From contig LBYD01000001.1 in the NCBI GenBank assembly GCA_000995965.1, forward strand, positions 140,923 to 204,922: 64,000 bases of DNA. The letters are read 5' to 3'. The notes beneath the pieces were generated by a model. It was not told where the DNA came from, ran no database searches, and was given only the letters and a program-made list of their open reading frames with translations. A program made the translations under genes and the position numbers. The DNA comes from Candidatus Moranbacteria bacterium GW2011_GWC2_40_12. GTDB taxonomy: Bacteria; Patescibacteriota; Minisyncoccia; Moranbacterales; UBA11712. The first letter of the stretch is position 1, and every line of letters starts with the position of its first letter. Positions 1-8,679 of this stretch are shown here, piece by piece.

Positions 1-45
1 TTCGCAGATTTGTTTTTGCCATGGCTTTTTATGATTTATAGAAGT

Positions 46-474
46 TTAATTTTTTTTGGAAAAAAATAATTCAAGCCATTTTTTCCAATTCGGAGTATTG
101 TCTTCCGGTGCTTCCCCATTCTTCGCATCTCCATTTCCCGGCGCGGTATTTTTCGGCCCGACATCTTTCCGCAAAACAATCATTTTTTCGTTCTCTTTTT
201 GCAGATTCAGTTTTTCCCTTGCTTCCTTTTCCTGAAATTCCCGGCTGGATAAATAGGAAATCAGATTGTCTAAATCGCTGTTTTCCTGATTAATTTTCTG
301 GATTTCAGCTTGGAGATTTTCGATCTCTTTTTGTATTTGCCTTTTTCGGTAGGTTTCTTTTCCTAGTGAAATACCTATCATCACCAAAACCGCAAGTCCT
401 GCCAGAAAAAAGAGACCGGAAAAAAAACTGATGCCTCTTCTATTTTGTCCCGGGTTTTTTCTATTTTTAGCCAT
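46..474 (-). CDS. FtsB/DivIC-like septum formation initiator (small bitopic coiled-coil cell division protein)
   Basis: N-terminal TM helix (GISFFSGLFFLAGLAVLVMIGISL) followed by a heptad coiled coil (IQKEIENLQAEIQKINQENSDLDNL). Start placed at the ATG giving MAKNRK; the longer ORF begins with TTG. Confidence 0.6.
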   Translation of the reverse strand: MAKNRKNPGQNRRGISFFSGLFFLAGLAVLVMIGISLGKETYRKRQIQKEIENLQAEIQKINQENSDLDNLISYLSSREFQEKEAREKLNLQKENEKMIVLRKDVGPKNTAPGNGDAKNGEAPEDNTPNWKKWLELFFSKKN

Positions 475-475
475 C

Positions 476-586
476 CTAAAAATTATTGATAAGCGGAGCA
501 ACCGTAAAAGCGACCATCGACAGCACGGCAAGAAGCGTAATCACGATCCAGGCGATCCTTATTTTTTTTCGGTGTCTTCCTTTCAT
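476..586 (-). CDS. Candidate 36-aa hydrophobic micro-protein (MKGRHRKKIRIAWIVITLLAVLSMVAFTVAPLINNF), not in the ORF track
   Basis: ATG to TAG reading frame, one predicted TM helix. Its stop lies 2 nt before the FtsB-like ATG and its start about 20 nt after the lepA stop, so the three genes are tightly packed. Confidence 0.2.
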   Translation of the reverse strand: MKGRHRKKIRIAWIVITLLAVLSMVAFTVAPLINNF

Positions 587-608
587 ATGCTTATATTACC
601 ATAAAAGG

Positions 609-2396
609 CTATTTTCTCAAAACCGCCAAAAAGGCAGAACTGGGAATCTCGACTTTTCCAGCCTGGGTCATTTTCTTCTTGCCTCTCTTCTGCTTTTCCA
701 GGAGTTTTCTCTTTCTGGTGACATCGCCGCCATAAAGCTTGGCAGTCACGTCTTTCCGAAAAGCTTTGAGGGTTTCACGGGCAATTATTTTTCCGCCAAT
801 GGCTGCCTGAATGGCGACCTGAAAATTCTGGCGGGGAATTGAATTTTTCAATTTTTCAACGACCGCTTTTCCTTCGGAGAATGAATTTTGACGGGGAATA
901 ACGCGCGAAAATGCGTCCACATTCTCTCCGGCGACAATAACGTCAAGTTTTATCAGGTCGTTTGATCGGTATCCGGTGAAGTCATAGTTCATCGAAGCAA
1001 ATCCGCTGGAAGCGCTTTTCAGCTTGTCATGGAGATCAATGATTACATCAGTGAGAGGAGAATTGAAAGTGAGAATGAGCCTTTCGGCGTCGAGATATTC
1101 CGTGTTCTTGTATTCCGCCCGCGTATTTCTCATGAGCTCCATGATTGGTCCGAGGTATTTCGATGGAGATATGATATCAAGTTTCACATAAGGCTCTTCG
1201 ATAGATTCTATCAAGGAAGGGTCAGGCATCTCAAGAGGTGAAAAAATTTTCATTTTTTCGTCCTGGCCTTTCACCTTCACCTCATATACGACGCTTGGGG
1301 TCGTAATGACCGGGTCAATCTCAAACTCGCGTTTCAGTCTTTCCTGGATGATTTCCATATGAAGAAGACCAAGAAATCCGCACCGGAAACCCCTTCCCAA
1401 GGCCAGATTGGATTCTGGTTCGAAAGCGAACGCGGCATCATTGAGTTTCAGTTTGCCAAGCGCGTCCCGCATGAAATTATAATCGTTTCCTTCTTTCGGA
1501 TAAAAGCTGGCGTATACTACCGGTTTTATCTCCTTATATCCAGGCAGCCTTTCGATTTCAGGATTGCGGCTTGTGACGGTTATCGTATCACCCACTCGGC
1601 AATCTTCGACGGTTTTGAAGCCGGTGGCAATATAGCCGATATCGCCGGGGGATAAAATTTCAGTCTTTGCCAAATCGGGAGAAAAATGTCCGACTTCAAT
1701 GACCAGGCTTTCCTGTTTGGTCGCCATCGCTATTATTTTATTCTCGGCTCTGACTTCTCCGTCGATAATTCTCACGTAAGCAAGAACTCCCTTGAAGGTA
1801 TCATATTTTGAATCAAAAATAAGCGCCCGAAGAGGTTTCCCCCCTTCTCCTTTTGGCGGATGAATATTTTCGACGATTTTTTCGAGAATTTCAAAGACTC
1901 CTTTTCCTGTTTTTCCGCTGGCTTCGAGAATATCTTCTTTTTTGCATCCAAGAAGATGCACGATTTCTTTTTTTGTTTTTTCTATTTCAGCGTTGGGAAG
2001 ATCAATTTTATTGACAACGGGAATTATTTCAAGATTTTGCTCGATTGCTTGGTATAAATTGGCGACGGTTTGAGCCTGAACGCCCTTTGAAGCGTCTACG
2101 AGAAGAACTGCGCCCTCAACCGCGGCAAGGGACCGGGAGACCTCATAAGCGAAATCCACGTGTCCGGGAGTGTCTATTAGGTTCAAGGTGTATTCTTTGA
2201 AATTCATTCTCACAGGCTGAAGCTTGATGGTGATTCCCCTTTCCCGCTCAAGATCCATCGTGTCCAGAAGCTGTTCCTTCATTTTCCGCTGTTCGATGGT
2301 GTTGGTGATCTCAAGCATCCTGTCGGCAAGGGTGGACTTGCCGTGGTCGATATGGGCGATTATGCAAAAATTGCGGGTGTTTTGTTGGTCATTCAT
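609..2396 (-). CDS. lepA: Elongation factor 4 (LepA), translational GTPase
   Basis: AHIDHGKST G1 motif, DTPGHVDF G3 motif, NKID G4 motif, and the LepA C-terminal domain. 595 aa, ATG start, TAG stop. Confidence 0.95.
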   Translation of the reverse strand: MNDQQNTRNFCIIAHIDHGKSTLADRMLEITNTIEQRKMKEQLLDTMDLERERGITIKLQPVRMNFKEYTLNLIDTPGHVDFAYEVSRSLAAVEGAVLLVDASKGVQAQTVANLYQAIEQNLEIIPVVNKIDLPNAEIEKTKKEIVHLLGCKKEDILEASGKTGKGVFEILEKIVENIHPPKGEGGKPLRALIFDSKYDTFKGVLAYVRIIDGEVRAENKIIAMATKQESLVIEVGHFSPDLAKTEILSPGDIGYIATGFKTVEDCRVGDTITVTSRNPEIERLPGYKEIKPVVYASFYPKEGNDYNFMRDALGKLKLNDAAFAFEPESNLALGRGFRCGFLGLLHMEIIQERLKREFEIDPVITTPSVVYEVKVKGQDEKMKIFSPLEMPDPSLIESIEEPYVKLDIISPSKYLGPIMELMRNTRAEYKNTEYLDAERLILTFNSPLTDVIIDLHDKLKSASSGFASMNYDFTGYRSNDLIKLDVIVAGENVDAFSRVIPRQNSFSEGKAVVEKLKNSIPRQNFQVAIQAAIGGKIIARETLKAFRKDVTAKLYGGDVTRKRKLLEKQKRGKKKMTQAGKVEIPSSAFLAVLRK

Positions 2397-2454
2397 GCTG
2401 CATATTCTAGCCTATTTTCGCCTTTTTGCAAATAAAAAATGAGGATACTTTGCT

Positions 2455-3147
2455 TCAATATTCATTGATTTTTATTCTATTTCCGTCCAGCGTGATATAT
2501 GTTGATGGCACATCCGTCCAACAGCCGCTGTTGTAATAGCGAATATTTCCCCTTTTTTCAAACATTGCCTTGTGGGTATGGCCGCAAAAAATATAATTCA
2601 CGCCGCGAAGTTTGGCATAAAGAATCGCGCGGCTGGCAACCTTTTCCGAGAGGCGAAGCCATCCCTTGCTTTTGCTTTTCAGAAAATGGCTGATCCTTTT
2701 GTCCTTGAAATCAAAAAGCTGCACAAGATTGTATAACTGGCTTGCTAAGATACTGAGAAAAGCGTTGTCTATGAGAAAATTGTCAAATTGATGGCCATGA
2801 ATGGCGAGATATTTCCGGTTATTGTGCTGCCATCGATATACTCTGTGAAGACGGGCTCCGGTCAGCGCCGAAAATATATTTGCGAGCCCTTTGTCATGAT
2901 TTCCCTCTACCCATCTGACTTTTGTCGTTTTGGACAGTTTGCTGATGACCGATATCAAGTTCCAGTCGTCATCGCTTAGACGGTTGAAATTGAGGTCCTC
3001 GAAAATATCTCCAAGGAGAATCAGCTTCTTGAACTGAAAATTGTTGAGAAGTTCCGCCGCCTCCTTTGAACGGCTGACTCTTGATCCCAGATGAAAATCA
3101 GAAATTATAAGAGTATGGGTTTTGTTCTTTTTATCTTTCTTTTTCAT
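2455..3147 (-). CDS. Calcineurin-like metallophosphoesterase (LpxH/YaeI-like)
   Basis: DFHLG, LGDIFE, GNHD and GHTH metal-ligand motifs in the order typical of metallophosphoesterases. Confidence 0.8.
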   Translation of the reverse strand: MKKKDKKNKTHTLIISDFHLGSRVSRSKEAAELLNNFQFKKLILLGDIFEDLNFNRLSDDDWNLISVISKLSKTTKVRWVEGNHDKGLANIFSALTGARLHRVYRWQHNNRKYLAIHGHQFDNFLIDNAFLSILASQLYNLVQLFDFKDKRISHFLKSKSKGWLRLSEKVASRAILYAKLRGVNYIFCGHTHKAMFEKRGNIRYYNSGCWTDVPSTYITLDGNRIKINEY

Positions 3148-3267
3148 TTTTATTTGAATTTTTTGAGCTGCTCGAAATGATCTTGTGTCAGCTTATATTC
3201 TTCCCGGATCCGTGCCGTCCCATCGTCAATGGATCTCTCTGTCTGTATCACGTTTCCATATAATATG

Positions 3268-3435
3268 TTATTTGATTAGCGCGCTGACATAGACGCCGAT
3301 ATAGTAAGGCCAGAGCAGGATGGCCAGCACTCCTTGCCCGAAAGAAAGATTCAAAAATCCGATTGTGAAAAGCCAGCCGGCGAACCAGGAAAAAGCCGTG
3401 AAGCTGTGGTTTTCGACTTTGATTTTTTCCGCCAT
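3268..3435 (-). CDS. Small two-helix membrane protein, about 55 aa (MAEKIKVENHSFTAFSWFAGWLFTIGFLNLSFGQGVLAILLWPYYIGVYVSALIK)
   Basis: ATG to TAA frame read by hand on the minus strand. Two hydrophobic helices; the size and layout resemble Pmp3/YqaE-type proteolipids. Below the 60-aa cutoff of the ORF track. Confidence 0.35.
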   Translation of the reverse strand: MAEKIKVENHSFTAFSWFAGWLFTIGFLNLSFGQGVLAILLWPYYIGVYVSALIK

Positions 3436-3569
3436 ATATATAAATTTAATGTTTAATTATTCCTCGCGGGGATGGAGACTAAAAATAAATATGACCCAAA
3501 AACATAACATTTTCAAATTCTCAAGAATTTTGGAGTCATGATATTTTTTCAAAATTTAACTCGGTGAAA

Positions 3570-3734
3570 CTATGAACGGTTTTCTTTTTGCTTAGCCTTC
3601 ATTTTTTTGAGGTGCGTGGCGGAATCGCGGCAGCTGCAGTTTTTCGCATGGCCTTCGTGCCACTTGATTTTGTCCTTGAGCGTCGCGTTTTTCGGCACCT
3701 TATTCTTCAAATGCCAGGCTTTGTTGATTTTCAT
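3570..3734 (-). CDS. Small lysine-rich protein, about 54 aa (MKINKAWHLKNKVPKNATLKDKIKWHEGHAKNCSCRDSATHLKKMKAKQKENRS)
   Basis: ATG to TAG frame immediately downstream (14 nt) of the hemerythrin gene on the same strand. Contains a duplicated K-x-W-H motif and a CxC pair. Confidence 0.35.
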   Translation of the reverse strand: MKINKAWHLKNKVPKNATLKDKIKWHEGHAKNCSCRDSATHLKKMKAKQKENRS

Positions 3735-3748
3735 GAATTTTTGAAAAA

Positions 3749-4282
3749 TTATTTGTATATTTCTTTCAGCTGATGGATCAATCCTTGAAGCTCTTTGTGC
3801 CGTCCAACTCCCACCACATTTTTTTCGACGTTTTCGAATCCCGCCTCGAGTTCGTTTTTCTTTTCCTCCGAAAGGGATGTGTCGGCCATTGGGAAAAGGA
3901 CATTGTTTTCCTTGTCGATATGCCGGTCAAGAAGCGAAATATAGCCTCTCGCGTTTTCGGAAAAACGCCCCAAGTTTTTGGCTTCGATCCCCTCTGCCAT
4001 ACCGCGCGCAAAATTTCTTGCGGCTTTGTGTTCCTCGATCAATTCTTCGATGAGTGAAATTTCATCGGCAATTTGTTTTTCCTTCATTGCCGGGAACAGC
4101 AGATTTTCCTCTTTTCCGTGATGGCATTTGTCGGCAAACTCCCGAATGAAAACGACTGCCCGCTCAAGATGCTCGACCGGAACGGCTTCGCCGGCTTCGA
4201 TCTTTTTGCATATTTTTTCAAGCACGCGAAGCATCAATTTGATTGGCCCATGCTCCGCGGCAAGTTCCGCTATTGGTTTCAT
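3749..4282 (-). CDS. Hemerythrin (HHE cation-binding) domain protein
   Basis: Four-helix pattern with H/E ligand motifs (HHGKEE, EEH, H..D..H) spaced as in hemerythrin-like proteins. Confidence 0.75.
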   Translation of the reverse strand: MKPIAELAAEHGPIKLMLRVLEKICKKIEAGEAVPVEHLERAVVFIREFADKCHHGKEENLLFPAMKEKQIADEISLIEELIEEHKAARNFARGMAEGIEAKNLGRFSENARGYISLLDRHIDKENNVLFPMADTSLSEEKKNELEAGFENVEKNVVGVGRHKELQGLIHQLKEIYK

Positions 4283-4354
4283 AAAATTATATTTAACATG
4301 TTATAATTTATTTTCCCCCGCCGAAATTCAGTCTGAGGACACCCGTCTGATTTT

Positions 4355-5824
4355 CTATTTTTCTTCCAGATATTCTTTCTTCCAAATGGGATCGGCCGCG
4401 GCTGCAACTTTCTCGCCATAATCGCAAAGACCTTTTTCGTATTCTCTGTCCTCCAGGGCCAGCCGGCTGGCTTCGTTTATCGGCTTGGGATGGTGCCGGT
4501 CGAAGATTTTTTTCATATCTTTGTAGTGGTCTTTTATGGGACAGGGAATCAGCCAGTTTCCCAGTTCCTTTGGCTTTTTGTCGAGCGCGTATTCTCTTTG
4601 CCACTTCCGAATGGATTCAAAAAAAGGCGCCTCCAAAACATCGTTTAGGTTTCCGCCCTTCCGGTAGACATCATTTATATTGACCGGGGAATAAGGGTTG
4701 AAAACGCAAGGAGCGACATTGCCATTCCAATCTATATACAAGTATCCCTCCGGCCGGCCGGCGGAAATGCATCCGTCGCTCAAACAGCCGTTATTCCAAA
4801 AATCAACCAAGAAAATTTTGCGTTCGCGCGCCAGTCGCTGGGTCTGTCTCAACAGTCTGATCCGCTGCTCCGCATCGACCATTTGATCAATGTCCGATGC
4901 CCTGCCGATTGGCATCAGCTGAAAAATCCAGCCATACATAGCGCTTTTTTTCTTGAAATAAAAGTCGATCACATCGTCGCGGGTAATAGCATCGGCATTT
5001 TTACGCGTGGCCGTGAGTGAAATGCCAAACGGAATCCCGACTTCTCTCAAATTCTCCATGGCGGACATAATTTTTTTGTGGGTCCCTTTTCCGCGACGCG
5101 CGTCCGTTTCTTCTTCCAAGCCTTCAACTGATATCGCCAAGGATATGTTTCCCGCTGACTGAATTTTTTTCGCCATCGGCCTGTCGATCAATGTAGCATT
5201 TGTGAACATGACGAAATAATTGTCGGAGTATTTTTTCGCCAGATCGAGCACCGTTTTGCCTTGGCTATTATATAGCAAAGGTTCTCCTCCGGTGATCACG
5301 GTGAGATAAGAGCCCCATAATTTTTCTTTTTCATCCATGATTCGGTCCAGCGTATCCCATTCGATTTTTTCGGAATCAGCAGCGGAACTGCCGGCGTAAC
5401 AGCCGGCGCATTTCAGATTGCATTGTTTTCCCGGTCCAATGACCAGGAATGCCGGAGGCTTGCGCCCGTGCTTTTTGATGAATTTCGCGGTCCTTTTCAT
5501 TTTGTCGAGAGACACGTTTTTCACTGCCCGGATAATTGCCCTTTGGACGTTTGGGGACTTCTTTGCGTTTTCAATTGCTTTTAGAATTGCAAAAATCAAG
5601 TTCCGGTACATGATATATTTGTCTTCCTGCACTTTTTTAGGATACCTTTCGTTGCGCATCATCTCCTGTCGCATTTTCTTTTCCAGCCCGGAAAGGATTT
5701 TTTTCATCATGCCGCTGGTACAAAAATAGCCGATGGATCTCGCGGCAAAGCCGTCCAGCGTTTTCCGAAACATTTGGCGAAAAGTGGCTTTGCAGCCAGG
5801 TTGAGCGGCGCTCGTGGCATCCAT
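4355..5824 (-). CDS. Radical SAM enzyme with a C-terminal Cys-rich SPASM/twitch-like extension and an N-terminal extension of about 130 aa
   Basis: CNLKCAGCY (CxxxCxxC) cluster-binding motif closely resembling anSME/PqqE/AlbA-type sequences. A GGEP motif is present. C-terminal CLSDGC...APC...CPIKDH cysteines. Start set at the first ATG (MDATS...); the TTG-extended ORF reaches 5833. Confidence 0.8.
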   Translation of the reverse strand: MDATSAAQPGCKATFRQMFRKTLDGFAARSIGYFCTSGMMKKILSGLEKKMRQEMMRNERYPKKVQEDKYIMYRNLIFAILKAIENAKKSPNVQRAIIRAVKNVSLDKMKRTAKFIKKHGRKPPAFLVIGPGKQCNLKCAGCYAGSSAADSEKIEWDTLDRIMDEKEKLWGSYLTVITGGEPLLYNSQGKTVLDLAKKYSDNYFVMFTNATLIDRPMAKKIQSAGNISLAISVEGLEEETDARRGKGTHKKIMSAMENLREVGIPFGISLTATRKNADAITRDDVIDFYFKKKSAMYGWIFQLMPIGRASDIDQMVDAEQRIRLLRQTQRLARERKIFLVDFWNNGCLSDGCISAGRPEGYLYIDWNGNVAPCVFNPYSPVNINDVYRKGGNLNDVLEAPFFESIRKWQREYALDKKPKELGNWLIPCPIKDHYKDMKKIFDRHHPKPINEASRLALEDREYEKGLCDYGEKVAAAADPIWKKEYLEEK

Positions 5825-5917
5825 AAATCGCAAAAAAATAGTTATGGGCTTTCCTCTAGTATAGACAATTCAGCCTCTAAAACAAGTGAACTCGATTGAG
5901 GGCAGGCATTTCGGCAG

Positions 5918-6349
5918 TCAATTTCGCCGCCTGCTCGGCCTCAAGCTGAAAAATTTGTCCGGGTCGATGAAATTTTTGCAGACCCCTGTCTTGACTTTGC
6001 CGCGGCTCAAGTCAATGTGGAGATGCGGACCTCGGGTGAGGCTTCCCGTGTTCCCGGTGCGGCCCAGAATTTCGCCCGCCTTATATTTCCCGAGCGGAAA
6101 CACTTTGGAAAGATGCATAAGGCGCATGACGAGCAGGCCGTACTCTTTTTCCATCATTTTCACGTGGATCGTATTCCCGCCTTCAGGAAAATTTCCGACT
6201 TTTACGATTTCGCATTTTAGCGGAGCGAAAACGGGAGTCCCGTCCGGAACAAGATAATCAGTCCCCAGATGAAAATCAGAATAAAAGGTCTTCGCGCCGA
6301 AACTGTATCCCCGCTTGAGCCTTTTCCAGTTTTTCAAAGGATACCGCAT
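5918..6349 (-). CDS. Peptidase M23 (LytM/lysostaphin-type) domain protein
   Basis: HLGTDY...PEGGNTIHV...GRTGNTGSLTRGPHLHIDL matches the M23 HxxxD and HxH zinc-ligand topology. Start chosen at the internal ATG (MRYPL) to avoid a 130-nt overlap with the downstream gene. Confidence 0.7.
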   Translation of the reverse strand: MRYPLKNWKRLKRGYSFGAKTFYSDFHLGTDYLVPDGTPVFAPLKCEIVKVGNFPEGGNTIHVKMMEKEYGLLVMRLMHLSKVFPLGKYKAGEILGRTGNTGSLTRGPHLHIDLSRGKVKTGVCKNFIDPDKFFSLRPSRRRN

Positions 6350-6353
6350 ATTT

Positions 6354-7103
6354 TCAAGCTTCAAAAATATGTTTTTCGATCCCTCTCGCAACCGGCGGAC
6401 GGAATTTATCGCCGTTTTCATCGCCAGAAAGAATTGGCTTTTCAGCGATAAATGAGCATCTGACATGCTTTGGAAAGCTTGCATCAACTGCCTTTTGCTT
6501 AATCTTGAAACCGAGATGCTCCGCCATTTTCATGTCTTCCATCCAGAAATCCTGCAAAATCAGTAATCCCCCCGGCTCCAAGACGCGCAGAGCCTCTTTT
6601 ATGGCCTCTTCCCTAAGTATGACATTCTTCATCCTGTTCCTGAAAAAATCTTCGTCGTCCGTACACACTTTTCCTAAACAGGAGCAAAAAACAGCTCCGA
6701 TTGTTCCGTTCCGAAACGGAAGTTTTTTCGCGTCAGCCTGAAAATCAACTTTCCCGAAAAAGTTCACCGTCTTGCCATCCTCAAGAATTGGGCAACCCTC
6801 ATATATGTTGGAAGTATAAATCTTTTTTCCTAGACCCTGCGTGTCGACCATGGAATACCCGCTTTCAGTCGGGCCGGCTTTCTCTATCAGCAGACCCTTG
6901 ACGTTTTTCAATTTTTCTTCAATGTCAAAATCCGGATCCATCCAATTTTCTGGCAAAAGACCCCTGATGTGCTGTTCCTTTTCCGCAAGAGTCGCATAAT
7001 ATTTTTCGAACGGGGCTCTGATTCCCGAAATAATCGAACCGAAAGAAATAGCTTTTTTCATTTCCGGGTTTGCAGTTGTTTTCTCGAATGTTGATTTCTC
7101 CAT
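6354..7103 (-). CDS. Class I SAM-dependent methyltransferase-like protein (motif I degenerate)
   Basis: FQADAKKLPFRNGTIGAVFCS and ALRVLEPGGLLIL resemble methyltransferase post-I/II and motif III segments. The glycine-rich motif I is not clearly present. Confidence 0.5.
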   Translation of the reverse strand: MEKSTFEKTTANPEMKKAISFGSIISGIRAPFEKYYATLAEKEQHIRGLLPENWMDPDFDIEEKLKNVKGLLIEKAGPTESGYSMVDTQGLGKKIYTSNIYEGCPILEDGKTVNFFGKVDFQADAKKLPFRNGTIGAVFCSCLGKVCTDDEDFFRNRMKNVILREEAIKEALRVLEPGGLLILQDFWMEDMKMAEHLGFKIKQKAVDASFPKHVRCSFIAEKPILSGDENGDKFRPPVARGIEKHIFEA

Positions 7104-7108
7104 GGAAT

Positions 7109-7666
7109 TTATTTTTTTGGAACTCTGGAATTGAGCAGATGCCTTTTCAGTTTTGCGAAAGGCTTCGCTTTAAGATAGGTTTTCCGGTCATCATCTTCGC
7201 CGAGCGATGCCCGAGTCACGGAATATCCCGCAGGAATGAATATCCGATCCCATCCGTAGCCTTTCTTTCCCGCCGGTTTTTTGGCGATTTCTCCTTCGAG
7301 TTTTCCCTCAAAAAGATTCAATTCTTTTCCGTCGAAATATCCAAAAACGCAGCGCGCGGTCGCTTTTCTCGTTTTCCCGTTTACGAGAGAACAAATCGTT
7401 GCGAAGGGCACAGTGTCAACAAAGAACCGGATGAAAGGCCCCGGCAGCTTCCCAAGCGCGGAAAACTCCAAGGAAACATCCTCCACAATCACTGGTTTCT
7501 TCACTATGCCATAAGCCTGCCGGACTTTTTGTTCCACGATTTTTTTGAGGTCAAGAGATTGGATCTCTTCCAGGTCCAGTTTCCTATGCTCAACCGGAAA
7601 ACCAAGATATTTTGCCAGATAATCGGCCTTGCCCTGATTCCCGGTAATGAAAATCACTTTTTTCAT
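7109..7666 (-). CDS. rdgB: Non-canonical purine NTP pyrophosphatase (RdgB/Ham1, dITP/XTPase)
   Basis: ITGNQGK N-terminal motif and overall Ham1 fold signature. 185 aa. Confidence 0.85.
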   Translation of the reverse strand: MKKVIFITGNQGKADYLAKYLGFPVEHRKLDLEEIQSLDLKKIVEQKVRQAYGIVKKPVIVEDVSLEFSALGKLPGPFIRFFVDTVPFATICSLVNGKTRKATARCVFGYFDGKELNLFEGKLEGEIAKKPAGKKGYGWDRIFIPAGYSVTRASLGEDDDRKTYLKAKPFAKLKRHLLNSRVPKK

Positions 7667-7754
7667 AATTCATGAAGAATTTGAGATATTTCCCTGCCGA
7701 ACTTGGGCAGCAGATCTTGCTTGTCGAACCTTAGCGAAGACCGGGATGATTACG

Positions 7755-8276
7755 TCACCTCCACCCAAATTCGCTATAAAAAATATTTTTGTTGATGCAC
7801 CCCAATGCAAATCTTATATATGGAATTGTATTTTCGGGCAGATTACCAAGAGAAAACCAACTTAAATCATCACACTTATCTGGTTCCATGTTTTTTGGCT
7901 CGCCCTCCCATTTTGTCACTCTTATGAAAATGTCTATCCGTTCCCGCAAGCCGATTTCATTAAACATCTCACAGCGGTGCATAGCGTGAACAATTTCCAT
8001 GTCCTCTTTTTTTACAGTTATCCCTGCTTCTTCTCTTGTCTCCCGAATCATGCATTGCTTGAAGGTTTCATTGCCATCGAGGTGACCGGATACCAATCCA
8101 TATTTTCCGTCTTGAAATCCGGTGTTGAATCGCCTTAACAGCAGAATTTTACCATTCTTTTCCAAGACCAAATATGAAGCCGGAACAATCTTGAATCTTC
8201 TTCTATTCATAAATTGCTTTCTCACATCATAATTTACCCCCGCCGGAAATACGTAATCAAAAATCCAGTTCGCCAA
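7755..8276 (-). CDS. Nudix hydrolase
   Basis: Nudix box GHLDGNETFKQCMIRETREEAGI (Gx5Ex7REUxEExGU). Confidence 0.85.
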   Translation of the reverse strand: MANWIFDYVFPAGVNYDVRKQFMNRRRFKIVPASYLVLEKNGKILLLRRFNTGFQDGKYGLVSGHLDGNETFKQCMIRETREEAGITVKKEDMEIVHAMHRCEMFNEIGLRERIDIFIRVTKWEGEPKNMEPDKCDDLSWFSLGNLPENTIPYIRFALGCINKNIFYSEFGWR

Positions 8277-8646
8277 CTCTCCGCAATCCTTCGAATTTTA
8301 TCCCGTCGTCCTGGAATACTTCAATAACTTTGTATTTACCCTTTGTCCATATTTCCCCTTTTTCCAAGAAATGTGTCGCTTCCAGAATTTGGATGCTGGC
8401 CCGAGGACGGGAAAGTTTTTCTCCGCCGCGTGTCTCGATCAAGGGGATTCCGCCGCGCAGCCAATAGTTTCGCTGGTCTTTTTTGAGAAAATCGTATATT
8501 TTGCCCGCCTCAAGGGATTCGGGAATGCATTCTTCAATTTTTCGTTTTACTTTCTTGTGCTCCGAGATGTCCCGCAGCGCCAGATCTTTATGCCCATAGA
8601 TATAATTTAAACTTGATAATATGCTCGTGAAATACGACATTCTCAC
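8257..8646 (-). CDS. Hypothetical protein (129 aa)
   Basis: Open frame with a 20-nt overlap onto the Nudix gene. No recognisable motifs. Confidence 0.4.
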   Translation of the reverse strand: MRMSYFTSILSSLNYIYGHKDLALRDISEHKKVKRKIEECIPESLEAGKIYDFLKKDQRNYWLRGGIPLIETRGGEKLSRPRASIQILEATHFLEKGEIWTKGKYKVIEVFQDDGIKFEGLRRVGELDF

Positions 8647-8679
8647 ATTCTCAAGAATGTGAGAATGTGGCTGTGGGAG

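Noticed and set aside
4308-4604. 98-aa minus-strand ORF rich in Arg/Lys
   Set aside because: Out-of-frame overlap with the 3' end of the radical SAM gene; looks like a frame artefact.
5918-6487. Longer M23 peptidase model starting at the TTG/ATG at 6484-6487
   Set aside because: Would overlap the downstream methyltransferase-like gene by about 130 nt on the same strand. The internal ATG at 6349 leaves a 5-nt gap.
7070-7675. 201-aa plus-strand ORF
   Set aside because: Antisense to the rdgB/Ham1 gene.
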